This document shows, piece by piece, positions 15,926 through 25,834 of a stretch of DNA of 26,095 nucleotides. Below the pieces are notes generated by a model. The model was not told the DNA's origin and did no database searches. It was given only the letters and a program-made list of their open reading frames with translations. Position 1 is the stretch's first letter. The number at the start of each line of letters is the position of its first letter. The stretch comes from Tolypothrix carrinoi HA7290-LM1 (GTDB lineage Bacteria; Cyanobacteriota; Cyanobacteriia; Cyanobacteriales; Nostocaceae), in assembly GCA_019358935.1 (NCBI GenBank), contig JAHHIK010000117.1, positions 1-26,095 of the forward strand, given 5' to 3'. Position numbers and translations under genes: made by a program.

Positions 15926-17638
15926 ATGAGCGATTCCAAACCCCGTGACGTTCAAGTTTTACCGATCGCCACAAACACTACAGTCATGAGAGCGCGTAGC
16001 TGGTCGCGTCTGCGGTTTGAAATTGAGTATGCATTGGAAAGAGGTACAACTTCCAATTGCTATTTAATCGAAGGTGATAAAATTGCACTGATCGACCCGC
16101 CGGCGGAAACCTTCACTGACATTTTTCTGGAAGGATTGCGGCATTCTCTCGACTTTAAAAAGTTGGATTATGTGATTTTAGGTCACTTCAGTCCTAACCG
16201 TATCGCCACTTTCAAAGCGCTGTTAGAAGTTGCACCGCAAATCACCTTTGTTTGTTCGTTACCAGCAGCTGGAGATTTGCGTACTACTTTCCCAGACCGA
16301 GATTTAAAAATCATCGTCATGCGGGGGAAAGAAACTTTAGATTTAGGTAAGGGTCATGTTTTAAAATTTGTTCCTACACCTAGTCCAAGATGGCCCGCCG
16401 GTCTTTGTACCTACGACCAACAAACGCAAATTCTCTACACAGATAAGTTATTTGCAACTCATATCTGTGGAGAGCAAGTTTTTGATGAAAACCGCGAAGC
16501 TTTAAAAGAAGATCAGCGGTATTATTATGACTGTTTGATGGCGCCTCATGCAACTCACGTACAAGCAGTTTTGGAGAAACTATCAGAACTGCAAGTGAGA
16601 ATGATAGCCACCGGTCACGGACCTTTGGTGCGTTATGGTGTTGTCGAGCTGATCAATTCTTATGAAGAATGGAGTCATTCGCAAACGAGTCGGGAGATAA
16701 CAGTTGCTTTATTGTATGCTTCAGCTTATGGCAATACAGCAACTTTAGCGCAAGCGATCGCTCTCGGATTAACTAAAGGTGGTGTCGCGGTAGAATCAAT
16801 CAACTGCGAATTTGCCGAACCTGATGAAATCCGCGCTGCTATCGAAAAAGCAGATGGTTTTATTATCGGTTCTCCCACCCTCGGTGGACACGCACCCACC
16901 CCGGTGCAAACAGCTTTAGGTCTTGTCCTCGGCGTTGGTGACAACAGCAAACTCGCCGGTGTCTTTGGTTCCTATGGCTGGAGTGGCGAAGCATTTGATT
17001 TAATTGAAGGCAAACTCAGAGATGCTGGATATCGGTTTGGGTTTGAAACGATGCGCGTCAAGTTCAAACCCTCAGATGTCATTCTCAAGCAGTGTGAAGA
17101 AACCGGTACAGACTTTGCCCAAACTTTGAGAAAGGCGAAAAAATTGCGTTTGCCACAACAAGCTGTAACTCCTGTGGAACAAGCTGTAGGTCGAATTGTC
17201 GGTTCGCTGTGCGTCATTACGGCAAAGCAAGGAGAAGTCTCCACAGCGATGTTAGGTGCTTGGGTTTCGCAAGCAACCTTCAATCCACCTGGAATCACCG
17301 TTGGTATTGCCAAAGACCGAGCGATCGAATCTTTGATGTATTCTGGGGGTAAGTTTGCCCTAAACATCTTAGCCGAAGGCAATCAACAAGATTTTGTCAA
17401 GCACTTCCGCAAATCTTTTGCTCCAGGTGAAGAGCGCTTTTCCGGCTTTTCTACAGAAATTGCCGAAAATGGCTGTTTAGTCCTCACCGAAGCCTCAGCA
17501 TATCTTGAGTGTTCTGTCAACCTACGCATGGAATGTGGCGATCACTGGGTTGTCTATGCCACCGTTGACAACGGAAAATTACTCAAACCTGATGCTGTGA
17601 CTGCGGTTCACCATCGCAAATCCGGCAATCATTATTAG
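15926..17638 (+). CDS. flv1B: Flavodiiron (diflavin) flavoprotein, Flv1 type, likely heterocyst-specific Flv1B
   Basis: Starts MSDSKPRDVQVLPI; non-canonical ligands GHFSPNR, PRWP and TDKLF typical of the Flv1/2 class; YASAYGNT, FGSYGWSGEA, CGDHW and HHRKSGNHY. Confidence 0.85.
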   Translation: MSDSKPRDVQVLPIATNTTVMRARSWSRLRFEIEYALERGTTSNCYLIEGDKIALIDPPAETFTDIFLEGLRHSLDFKKLDYVILGHFSPNRIATFKALLEVAPQITFVCSLPAAGDLRTTFPDRDLKIIVMRGKETLDLGKGHVLKFVPTPSPRWPAGLCTYDQQTQILYTDKLFATHICGEQVFDENREALKEDQRYYYDCLMAPHATHVQAVLEKLSELQVRMIATGHGPLVRYGVVELINSYEEWSHSQTSREITVALLYASAYGNTATLAQAIALGLTKGGVAVESINCEFAEPDEIRAAIEKADGFIIGSPTLGGHAPTPVQTALGLVLGVGDNSKLAGVFGSYGWSGEAFDLIEGKLRDAGYRFGFETMRVKFKPSDVILKQCEETGTDFAQTLRKAKKLRLPQQAVTPVEQAVGRIVGSLCVITAKQGEVSTAMLGAWVSQATFNPPGITVGIAKDRAIESLMYSGGKFALNILAEGNQQDFVKHFRKSFAPGEERFSGFSTEIAENGCLVLTEASAYLECSVNLRMECGDHWVVYATVDNGKLLKPDAVTAVHHRKSGNHY

Positions 17639-17651
17639 GATGCGCTGATTG
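17576..17651 (+). repeat. Left copy of island-flanking direct repeat (3' end of flv1B)
   Basis: Aligns with 23667-23743 at 67 of 77 columns, including a perfect 24-bp run GTGACTGCGGTTCACCATCGCAAA. Confidence 0.9.
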
Positions 17652-17697
17652 CACTTATTGGGAGAAAGGGCAAGGGTTTTGCCCTCATCCCTGTGAA

Positions 17698-17723
17698 ATC
17701 CCCCAGACTTTAGTCTGGGGGAT
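17698..17723. repeat. Perfect hairpin ATCCCCCAGACT-TT-AGTCTGGGGGAT (IS200/IS605-end or REP-like)
   Basis: 12-nt perfectly complementary arms; the TTTA-centred hairpin resembles IS605-family subterminal palindromes. Confidence 0.55.
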
Positions 17724-17838
17724 GAGCTTTAAGGGCTTTTCCCAAATGTTTGTAAGCGGCTTGACGAAATGCTTTAAGTCTAGCAATTTTCATTTTGGTA
17801 GCTGAAAGTTGGTAGTTCTTCTTTCAGTTTCTACCAAT

Positions 17839-17870
17839 GGGGGCTGTATTCAATCACACCCCCTTTTTTT
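17839..17870 (+). terminator. Rho-independent terminator
   Basis: GGGGG-C-TGT...ACA-CCCCC followed by T7. Confidence 0.6.
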
Positions 17871-18179
17871 ATTCTAAATGTAGCCTTTTTAGTCTAAACG
17901 CCAATTAATTATATTTACTTTTCAAATAACATATTTTCCGAAATTACCATTTCTGCATTTGTAGGTGTGTACAGATTGCACAAAAAATAATCAAAAAACT
18001 AGGAGGTATTTACATTAGCGTTATAGATGACCTGAAGAAGCAGTTTCATTCTACCTGTTTTTTTCCACAAGTGAAAGTTGGATTTTAGCAGATAATTACA
18101 ACCCGTCCGACCTTGCATTTTGGTATTTATGCAAGAGGGAATATTAACTGCGTTTACAACACTAAGGAGCAATAAAACA

Positions 18180-19938
18180 ATGGACAACGAAAAGCTGATT
18201 GAAGCGCTGCTAAACTGTCCTAATGGTGAAGAACTAGCTATTTTTAAAGCCAACCAAAACTTGATAGATGCTAGGTTAGTACAAACAATGCTAGATTATG
18301 CAACAAATCTGGCAACAAGAAACTACATAGACGCCTCCGAGCGCTTAATAAAGATTGTCGTCTTTAATCTGTTAGTTACCCTGAGAAATGCTAACTTTCG
18401 GGACTTGAAGAATGACTTTTTAGAGGCTAGCGCTCTGTTTTGTCTAGGTACTGATTACCAAGCCTTAGACCAATTAGCAGAAGCAAAAAAATGCTACCAG
18501 CAGAGTTTGAACATCACTAATAAGTTAGATATTGAGGTTGGAGGCGAACTCAAGGTAAGCAGTTTGCAGGGTCTGGGAAGTTATCACACAAGGAAGAGGG
18601 AATTAGCCGAGGCGGAAAAATATTACCAAGAGAGTTTGGATATTGCTGAGAAGATATTGGACATTGCTAATAACAAAAATGATGATGGGCTCCGGAACAT
18701 GGCTCTGCAGAAAAAGGCTAATGCTCTAGAACCCCTGGCAGGGATTTACTATAACCAAGGGAAATTAGATCAGGCATGGAGTTCCAACGAACAGAGCTTG
18801 ACGCTCAAGCAGCAACTTCAGGATCAGATTGGTAGAGGGAATTCTATTCGCTTTCGGGGAAGCATTTTTGTGGTCAAGTACTTTATTGATTTGGGTTATC
18901 AAACCCACTGGAGAAATTGCCTTTCGCCTCAAACCTTTATTGCAGGAATTTAATACATCTCTGGAAGAGCTGGTTGCGATCGCCCGTGAATCCATTGGTA
19001 CTACAAGAACGCGTTTTGTTGGCTCGGATGGGGACGATAATGATAACGAAATTATTCAAGGAAACAACAAACAATTACAACAACTTTATCAAATCCTGAT
19101 CGAACCTATTACTGAGTTTTTGCCAAAAGATGCAGATGAGCGGGTCATTTTTATCCCCCAAAACAGCTTATTTCTTGTTCCCTTCCCAGCCCTCCAAGAT
19201 GCTTCTGGTAAATATCTGATTTCGCAGCACACCATCCTCACCGCTCCTTCCATCCAAGTTCTAGAAATAACTCGCCAGCACCAGCAACGAGTCCAAAAGA
19301 TGGAGCTTCAGGATGTACTGGTGGTAGGCAATCCGACCATGCCGCCTTTTAAATCTCATCAGTTGATTCCTCTTCCAGGTGCAGAACAGGAAGCCAAACA
19401 AATCGCTCCCCTCTTGAATACCGAAGCATTTATAGGCTCGGAAGCCACTAAGGTTGCTATTGTCGAGCGGATGCCTACAGCACGGATTATTCATCTAGCA
19501 ACTCACGGGTTACTCGATGACGCTGATGAATTAAAGGTGCCAGGAGCGATCGCTTTAGCGCCGTTAGGAACAGATGATGGTTGGCTTACGGCTACAGAAA
19601 TCATGAATTTAAAGATGCTAAAAGCTGAGTTAGTTGTTCTGAGTGCTTGTAACACTGGACAAGGACGATTAACCAGGGATGGCGTGATCGGCTTATCTCG
19701 CTCTTTTATTTCTAGAGGCGTTCCGAGTGTGATTGCATCTTTGTGGTCAGTACCTGATGCTCCCACTGCCTCCTTCATGGTTGAGTTTTATCAAAATCTA
19801 CAACGAGGCTTAGACAAAGCCCAAGCCCTGCGGCAAGCGATGCTAACGATCAAGGAAAGATATCCCCACCCAATAGATTGGGCTGCGTTTACATTAATTG
19901 GCGAAGCATCGCAATCTATCTTTCAAAAAGCTGTATAA
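18180..19938 (+). pseudogene. Split TPR-CHAT gene (TPR part 18180-~18848, CHAT part ~18875-19938 in another frame)
   Basis: RBS AAGGAG then MDNEKLIEALLNCPNGEE; TPR repeats end abruptly at QIGRGNSI. The CHAT frame picks up at TLLIWVIKPTGEIAFR with intact IIHLATHG, VLSACNTG, ASLWSV and DWAAF. The CHAT frame has no early ATG start. Confidence 0.75.
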
Positions 19939-19944
19939 ATTGCA

Positions 19945-22109
19945 GATGCGCTCACCCATTTCCTTTAGGAAGTAGATTGGTCAAACTCAAGAACTTAAAT
20001 CAGCGGAAAATACTTGCGAATTTCAGGTGCCGAACTCTACGAGCAGGTAGCAGTTAAGGTGAATACAGTATACCCTTCACAGATGCCCCAGTGTGAGGGC
20101 GATCGCAACCGAGTGATATTTGGAGGAATGCGGGTCGAGCGAGATCCCTTCATTACCGTGCAGAAGGTAGAGGGGAATGAAGTTACTCTGGAGGCTGGTT
20201 TGATACATGGGTTGCATGAAGGGACTGAACTAACTCTTTATCCACCCCAAGTGCAAACTAAGAAGGATTTACCCGCAGTTCTGACAACAGTTGAAGTTAC
20301 CTCAGTGTCAGCGACCACAGCCAAAGCAAGCATCAAGGAGGGTGCTAATATTGTCTCTATTCCCATTTTCGCCCGTGGTCTGATCGCCAAACAAGTTTAT
20401 GCTGGGCTGCACCAGACAGTAGCTCTAAAAGCAGATCCAGGGGAAGAAAACCAGAAGGCGATCGCACGTTTGCGTCAAGCAATCCTTGATGCAAATTCCG
20501 GTAGCGGTTCACCTTACCTAGAGGTGCTAGAAAATCGCGAGCAAGTAGCTGATTTGCGAGTTAAAGCTGCTGATGGGAAGTTGAACATCTACAACACCAC
20601 GGGTGAACAGCTAGTCGTTCCAGAAGACATCAAAGATGGTGGCGGTGATGAGATAGCCGTACTTCATTCCTTAGAAAGTATTGTTCGCTACCGCACTCTC
20701 CAGAGTCTTGTTAATCAAGAGCCGGAATCGGAGCTAGTAGGCAAGGTAAAACTCCGCCTACTTCGTTATGATGTAACGGGTGCTGATGATTCTCATATGC
20801 AAGAACTTCCGGCGGGCACTGTTGGCACAGGTGGGGAAATCACCCTTACCTTAGATCAGGAAGACAAAGACTCTAATCGGTACGTTCTAGAGGTGATTAA
20901 CGAATCGTCGAAACCCATTTATGCTCACCTTTTGCTTCTGAATCCTGATTACAGTATCAAACTTCAGTATCCACAATTGGGTCAAAAAGATCCCATTGAA
21001 CCGAATGGTGGCAAGCTGATCGTAGGTCTCGACAACCGGAAAGAGCGGTTAAAGTTCACCTTGCCTGTCGGATGGGATTCCTGCCGGGATTATTTGAAAG
21101 TTATTGTTACAAGTAACCCCACTGATTTCAAGGGGTTGGAGCAGAAAGGGCTAAACGTTCAACCTCCTCAAAGAACTAGAGCAGCTTCTTCTTCTCCTTT
21201 AGAGCGACTCTTAGATTGTGTTCTTTCTGGCAAGCGCTTCGCTGGCTCTGATGAAACAGAAGACCTAGAAGACTGGGCAACAACTTCTCTTTTTGTTACT
21301 GTCGTGCGTGGTTTCCAAACAACAACGCTAAATGCTCCTGCCGAAACTATTAGCTTGAACGACGGACTCACACTAGTCAAGCCTGAAGGTTTTCAGGGTC
21401 AAGTTACAAGCATCTACTAACCTGGGACTACGAGACGTTTGGCACGAGCGTCGAAGAGAATGGCGCTAAACTAGCTCTAGCCTTACAGCAGCAATGTGGC
21501 TTCGGTCCTGACGACCAGATTACCGTTCACGTCTACGCCCACAGTATGGGCTGCCTGGTTTCTCGCTGCACGATCGAGCTTTCAGGCGGTCACGAATTTG
21601 TTGATAAGTTGGTAATGGCAGGTCCTCCCAACAATGGCTCGACACTCGCCACGCTTGGTCGGGGAATAGTCTATCTGCTCACGGTATTTGTCAATCGGGT
21701 CTCGGTTATTCCACCGTTGGGGGCGTTCAACTGGTTGTTAGAGCAGCTTTACCAGGAAGGTGTTGGCTCTATAGACCTGAAAGCCAACTCTGCTATCCTG
21801 GATAAGCTCAACGCCCTCAAAGAGCCGTCAAATGTTCCATACTTGGTGCTGGCAGGAGAGAATCGGTTGAGTGAGGAGGAGAGAAACCTTCTCAATCGGC
21901 TTGCACAAAAAGTGCTGGGTCAAACTCTAGACAGCTTATTTGGGGAGAAAAACGATGTAGTGATTGGGCTGTCTAGTATGCGCGGTGTCAGGGGCGAAGC
22001 CTACCCAAAGCTGACAATTGAAGTATTAGATTGCGATCACTTCGAGTATTTCCAAATTCTCCAAGGACGGGAAGCAGTCAAGCGTTGGGTAACAAGCTTA
22101 TCGGTTTAA
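19945..22109 (+). pseudogene. Fragmented caspase-family / alpha-beta hydrolase fusion gene
   Basis: In-frame remnant DALTHFL* at 19945-19968 and ELYEQV..SQMPQCEG (end of a C14 peptidase domain) precede ORF 20014-21420. A second frame opens at ~21402 (YKHLLTWDYETFGTSVEENG) and contains VYAHSMGCLVSR, AGPPNNGS, NDVVI and CDHFEYF. Confidence 0.7.
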
Positions 22110-22122
22110 TACAAGAGTTGCG

Positions 22123-22156
22123 GTGACCAGGTGCACGCAATCGCGCACCTAGTCAC
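22123..22156. terminator. Hairpin downstream of the hydrolase fragment
   Basis: GTGACCAGGTGCACG / CGCGCACCTAGTCAC, 13/15 complementary. Confidence 0.4.
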
Positions 22157-22195
22157 TGGTACTAGCTCATAACTATGAGGAAGTGGCAGTGAATT

Positions 22196-22301
22196 ATATC
22201 GTGTCCGGTTAAAGACTGATCGTTAAGAGAGAGGGAGGGATTTGGGCTTTGACATTTGACAACAGACATGGGAATAATAAGTAATCAACCGGACTTGATA
22301 T
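22196..22301. mobile_element. MITE-like element (~105 bp)
   Basis: Terminal inverted repeats ATATCGTGTCCGGTT / AACCGGACTTGATAT (13/15), TA at both ends, non-coding interior. Confidence 0.65.
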
Positions 22302-22400
22302 TACTGGTAATTTTTATCTTCTTACCTTTGTTGCCTGTGCATCCTAATTCGCATTAGGCGTAATTTATCTTTTAAATAAAAGCTATATCTTTAAAGGAAG

Positions 22401-23546
22401 ATGCAGTACAAATCGCCTGAACAAGACTTAATGCGCCTTGAAATTCCAAACCCCCAAGGTGCTTCAGGAAACTATTTTGAACAAATTTCTCATACTTGTG
22501 TAATGACTGGAATGCAAATCCGCAAGGGCGACATTATTGATGCAGTAACGCCAATTTTCCAGCCTCTTGAGGCAGATCGCTCTATTAGATCCGAACTTTA
22601 TATTGGAAAGCAGCAGGGAGGCGATGGGGGCGGTGGAGATATTTTCCTACAATTCGGGTATGTGTTAGTTGGTCTACGCTTTCAGATTGTAAACTACTAC
22701 GGACACGGAGCTATCAATGCCCTCAGCCTGATTTGGCGCAGGTGGTTGAATGGGCAAGTTACTAATGAAGAACTTATCAGCGAACCATTGATACCTCAAC
22801 TGCCATCTTACGTTAAGACATTTGGCTCTGCTGAAAAGGTAGAAGTGTATGTACCTGATGAATACGTGGCAATAGGTATTTGTGGAAGAGCCTCCAGTTA
22901 TGTGAACACTCTGTCTCTCATAGCTGGTAAACCTGCTTTTGATATATCTGCAATTGTACGAACGCAAGATATCAACGCTCTTGTACGAGTAAACCTCCAA
23001 GAGATCGAGCAAAAACTAATTCAGGAGCAAACAGATGCGGATGAAGCAGCAGAACGCGATCGCCAACGCGCTCTACAAGAGCAGCAACAAGAACAAGCTG
23101 ACCGAGATGCAACTAATTATCAGTTAACTTGTGAGTTTTCAGGAGGAATGAGAAGCGCTACAGACGGTTTGTCAGTTGTAACGTTTAATAATGATGACTC
23201 CCTTGCCTTCGATGGTAAACTCCGTTTGCTGTACGCAAATCGCAGTTGTATCCGAGCTAATTTTGAGTTACAAGAGCCAGCTACTTTTGCAGTAATGTAC
23301 CTAAGCCATCTCTCTTCTGGAATGGGCGGTAGGAAGGGGTATTCACCAGTGAACATTGAGGTTAATAACAAGTGTGTAGCTGCTAACCACGATCCCCGAA
23401 GCGATAACTATACTGTTGATCGCTTTGAAATTACTTCCTATCTTTATGTTGGCACTAACGAAATAAACATCACTCTAGGTGATGCCACAACACACTATTG
23501 GATGGAATGGCTCAAATTATTAATAAACTTACCCAATATTCCTTAG
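22401..23546 (+). CDS. Hypothetical protein: beta-prism/jacalin-lectin-like N-terminal domain, Q/E-rich coiled coil, C-terminal beta-sandwich domain
   Basis: RBS AAGGAAG. Three pseudo-repeats (VMTGMQIRKGDIIDAV; GGDGGG..YVLVGL..AINAL; YVAIGICGRASSYVNTL), a coiled-coil linker, and C-terminal IEVNN...LYVGTNEINITL. Confidence 0.7.
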   Translation: MQYKSPEQDLMRLEIPNPQGASGNYFEQISHTCVMTGMQIRKGDIIDAVTPIFQPLEADRSIRSELYIGKQQGGDGGGGDIFLQFGYVLVGLRFQIVNYYGHGAINALSLIWRRWLNGQVTNEELISEPLIPQLPSYVKTFGSAEKVEVYVPDEYVAIGICGRASSYVNTLSLIAGKPAFDISAIVRTQDINALVRVNLQEIEQKLIQEQTDADEAAERDRQRALQEQQQEQADRDATNYQLTCEFSGGMRSATDGLSVVTFNNDDSLAFDGKLRLLYANRSCIRANFELQEPATFAVMYLSHLSSGMGGRKGYSPVNIEVNNKCVAANHDPRSDNYTVDRFEITSYLYVGTNEINITLGDATTHYWMEWLKLLINLPNIP

Positions 23547-23666
23547 TGTCATCCCATTACCTTGCAAAAAGTGTTGCGGTCAAGGATTACCCACTCCCGC
23601 GCAACACGGGTGCGCCGCATTATACTGCCATCATTTTTATAGATACTACCAGCCAGAAACTTACGC

Positions 23667-23743
23667 AAATTACTCAAACTTGATGCGGTGACTGCGGTTC
23701 ACCATCGCAAAGAAAGGCAATCATTACTAGTCAGCGCTGATTG
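23667..23743 (+). repeat. Right copy of island-flanking direct repeat (degenerate flv1B 3' end)
   Basis: Translates KLLKLDAVTAVHHRK, then a net +1-nt change (GAAA vs TCC) before GGCAATCATTACTAG (GNHY*). Confidence 0.9.
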
Positions 23744-23787
23744 TAACACGAATTCTCACAAACGATTAATTGGCGATCGCTAATTAC

Positions 23788-23820
23788 AACCGCCTTGGCT
23801 ATTGTTTAGCCAAGGCGGTT
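23788..23820. terminator. Perfect 14-bp stem-loop
   Basis: AACCGCCTTGGCTA-TTGTT-TAGCCAAGGCGGTT followed by TATT. Confidence 0.7.
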
Positions 23821-24216
23821 TATTGTATCGGCTCTTATCCGGATGAAGTATGAGCTTATCAGTATTTGTATATGTTTGTGTGTAATTCCTTAATTCTTTG
23901 ATGTATTCCACCCAATTGAAAACCAAAATAATGCTTTGCCCCCGCGATATCAATACAATCAGCAGTGCTTTTGTTTGCAGACAATTAGGTAAATTAAATC
24001 TTATACCTTCATTATTCAGTATACTGGCATTAATTTTATATATCTTCTCAGCCAGAAACTATAAAATACTTGAATCGGTGTGAGAAAATTCCGCAATTGC
24101 CACAAGGACAATTGAATATATAATGTGTAATGTTTGACTAGAAGTTCAGTAGTCAGCATCTTTTATAGTAAATGCCAACTACTACCACAACGCTTTTATA
24201 ATATTTTGCCTTACCC

Positions 24217-24396
24217 ATGACCCCAGAACACAGCAAGATTAAATTTCCCCTCTGGCAGTATCTCAACCAGCCCCTATTTAGCCACGATAATAAGTTGGTA
24301 TTAAATCCTCATCGCTTTGCCAACATCTGGCGAATAGAACTTCTCAAAAGGTGTTGGGCTAAAGAATGTGATGCTAAAGGACCGCAACAGCATTAA
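24217..24396 (+). CDS. Small hypothetical protein (59 aa), absent from the ORF track
   Basis: ATG 24217 to TAA 24396: MTPEHSKIKFPLWQYLNQPLFSHDNKLVLNPHRFANIWRIELLKRCWAKECDAKGPQQH. The FPLWQYLNQPLF...RCW pattern resembles a cyanobacterial small-protein family (from recall). Confidence 0.65.
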   Translation: MTPEHSKIKFPLWQYLNQPLFSHDNKLVLNPHRFANIWRIELLKRCWAKECDAKGPQQH

Positions 24397-24467
24397 ATAG
24401 CCACTTGCCAATTTTAGATTTTAGATTTTGGCATTGCTGAATATTAGTATTGAAACCGTAATTTCTC

Positions 24468-24494
24468 GTAGAGACGTTCCGACGGAACGTCTCT
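24468..24494 (+). repeat. GTAG-type REP-like palindrome
   Basis: GT-AGAGACGTTCCG-A-CGGAACGTCTCT, perfect 12-nt arms, between convergent genes. Confidence 0.75.
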
Positions 24495-24544
24495 GCTGAC
24501 AGTCACGCATGTGGCATGGTGACTTTCCGCAAAATCCAAAATGT

Positions 24545-25834
24545 CTAAGTTTCGTCGAGAGAACGAGGTTTTTTGCCGTCAAGCAAAGCACTAACAGTCA
24601 TGTCTCCCATGACATTAATCGCAGTGCGGCAGCGATCCAAAAACCAGTCTACCGTAACCAACAAAGCGATATACTGAGTCGGTAAACCAACGGAAGTAAA
24701 CACCAAAGTCATCGTTACCAATCCCGCATTCGGAATACCCGCTGCCCCCACCGATGCAAAAATCGACGTGAGGATGACAACTAACTGCTGTCCCAAATTC
24801 AGATGTTGCCCAATCACCTGGGAAATAAACAATGCAGACATCGCCTCGTAAAGGGCAGTACCATCATTATTAAAGTTTGCCCCAACCAGCGCCCCTAAAG
24901 AAGCAGAAGATTCTCGCAAGCCGATTTTTGTCTGTAGAATTTCAAAGGTGATAGGCATTGTCACCGTTGAAGATGAAGTGGAAAAAGCTGTCAAAAAGGC
25001 ATCAGCACCGCCAGCTAAAAACTTGAACGGGTTCACCCAAGAACCAAATTTGACTCTAGTGAGGTAGTAACAAGCTTGTAATGCCAGCGCTACCAGCACC
25101 GCTACGATGAAGGCAAACAGTGATTTAAATGGCGAAAAGCCCTGCAAGGCAACAGTTTTAGCTACAATTCCAAATACTGCCAGAGGTACGAGGGCAATCA
25201 CCCAGTTGAGGATGCGAATTACTGCCTCAAACAAAGTCCCCACTAAATCCTCAATCGGTTGGTATGCTCTTTTTCCTTCAGCGATTTGCTCTGATTTTAT
25301 TGCCCGCAAAACGATACCAAAGCTCAAAGCAATTACAATAAGTTGTATAACGTTATTATCAACCAACGGCTTGAGGACGGCTTCCGGTACAGCGTCTTTG
25401 AGTAATCCCCAAGGGTCAAGGCTTTGACTGGCTGCTTGTGTATTTTCTGGAGCCGCCAAACGCCCCCAAGTACCGGGACGCAGGATATTTGCCACTAAAA
25501 GCCCAACCAGTATTGCTACGGTTGTGTTAGTTAAAAGTAGTACAGCTAACTTGCGTCCTGCTCTTCCGGGAATATTCGTAGTCATGAAGGTATGCAACAC
25601 TGCTACGAGAATCAGCGGTGTAGCTAGGGCGCGGAGTGCTTTCAGCACCAATTCAGCGGGAATTGCTAAGTTGTTGATAAAGTCTTTATTGGCTGCGTTG
25701 GGGTTGCCCGCACCTAAAGCAATTCCTAAGCAGACTGCCAGCACTAAGGCGATGATAATTTGCAAGGTGAGAGGGATACGCTGCCACCAAGGACGGAATT
25801 TAGTGTCAGGCTTAATGCTTTCTGTTTCGTTCAT
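24545..25834 (-). CDS. Dicarboxylate/amino acid:cation symporter (DAACS, GltP/DctA family)
   Basis: AFSTSSSTVTMP, GANFNNDGTALY, SVGAAGIPNAG and VDWFLDRCRTAINVMGD. Confidence 0.95.
   Translation of the reverse strand: MNETESIKPDTKFRPWWQRIPLTLQIIIALVLAVCLGIALGAGNPNAANKDFINNLAIPAELVLKALRALATPLILVAVLHTFMTTNIPGRAGRKLAVLLLTNTTVAILVGLLVANILRPGTWGRLAAPENTQAASQSLDPWGLLKDAVPEAVLKPLVDNNVIQLIVIALSFGIVLRAIKSEQIAEGKRAYQPIEDLVGTLFEAVIRILNWVIALVPLAVFGIVAKTVALQGFSPFKSLFAFIVAVLVALALQACYYLTRVKFGSWVNPFKFLAGGADAFLTAFSTSSSTVTMPITFEILQTKIGLRESSASLGALVGANFNNDGTALYEAMSALFISQVIGQHLNLGQQLVVILTSIFASVGAAGIPNAGLVTMTLVFTSVGLPTQYIALLVTVDWFLDRCRTAINVMGDMTVSALLDGKKPRSLDET

Noticed and set aside
18829..18953. Programmed frameshift joining the TPR and CHAT frames
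   Set aside because: No convincing slippery site, and the usual linker between TPRs and CHAT appears to be missing, which fits a deletion better.
17652..23666. Active developmentally excised (nifD-type) element
   Set aside because: No recombinase is encoded, flv1B is already intact without excision, and the flanking repeats have diverged; kept only as a relic-island hypothesis.
23498..24083. ORFs 23498-23683 and 23898-24083
   Set aside because: Short, with no recognisable motifs or RBS; the first overlaps the lectin-like gene and the repeat copy out of frame.
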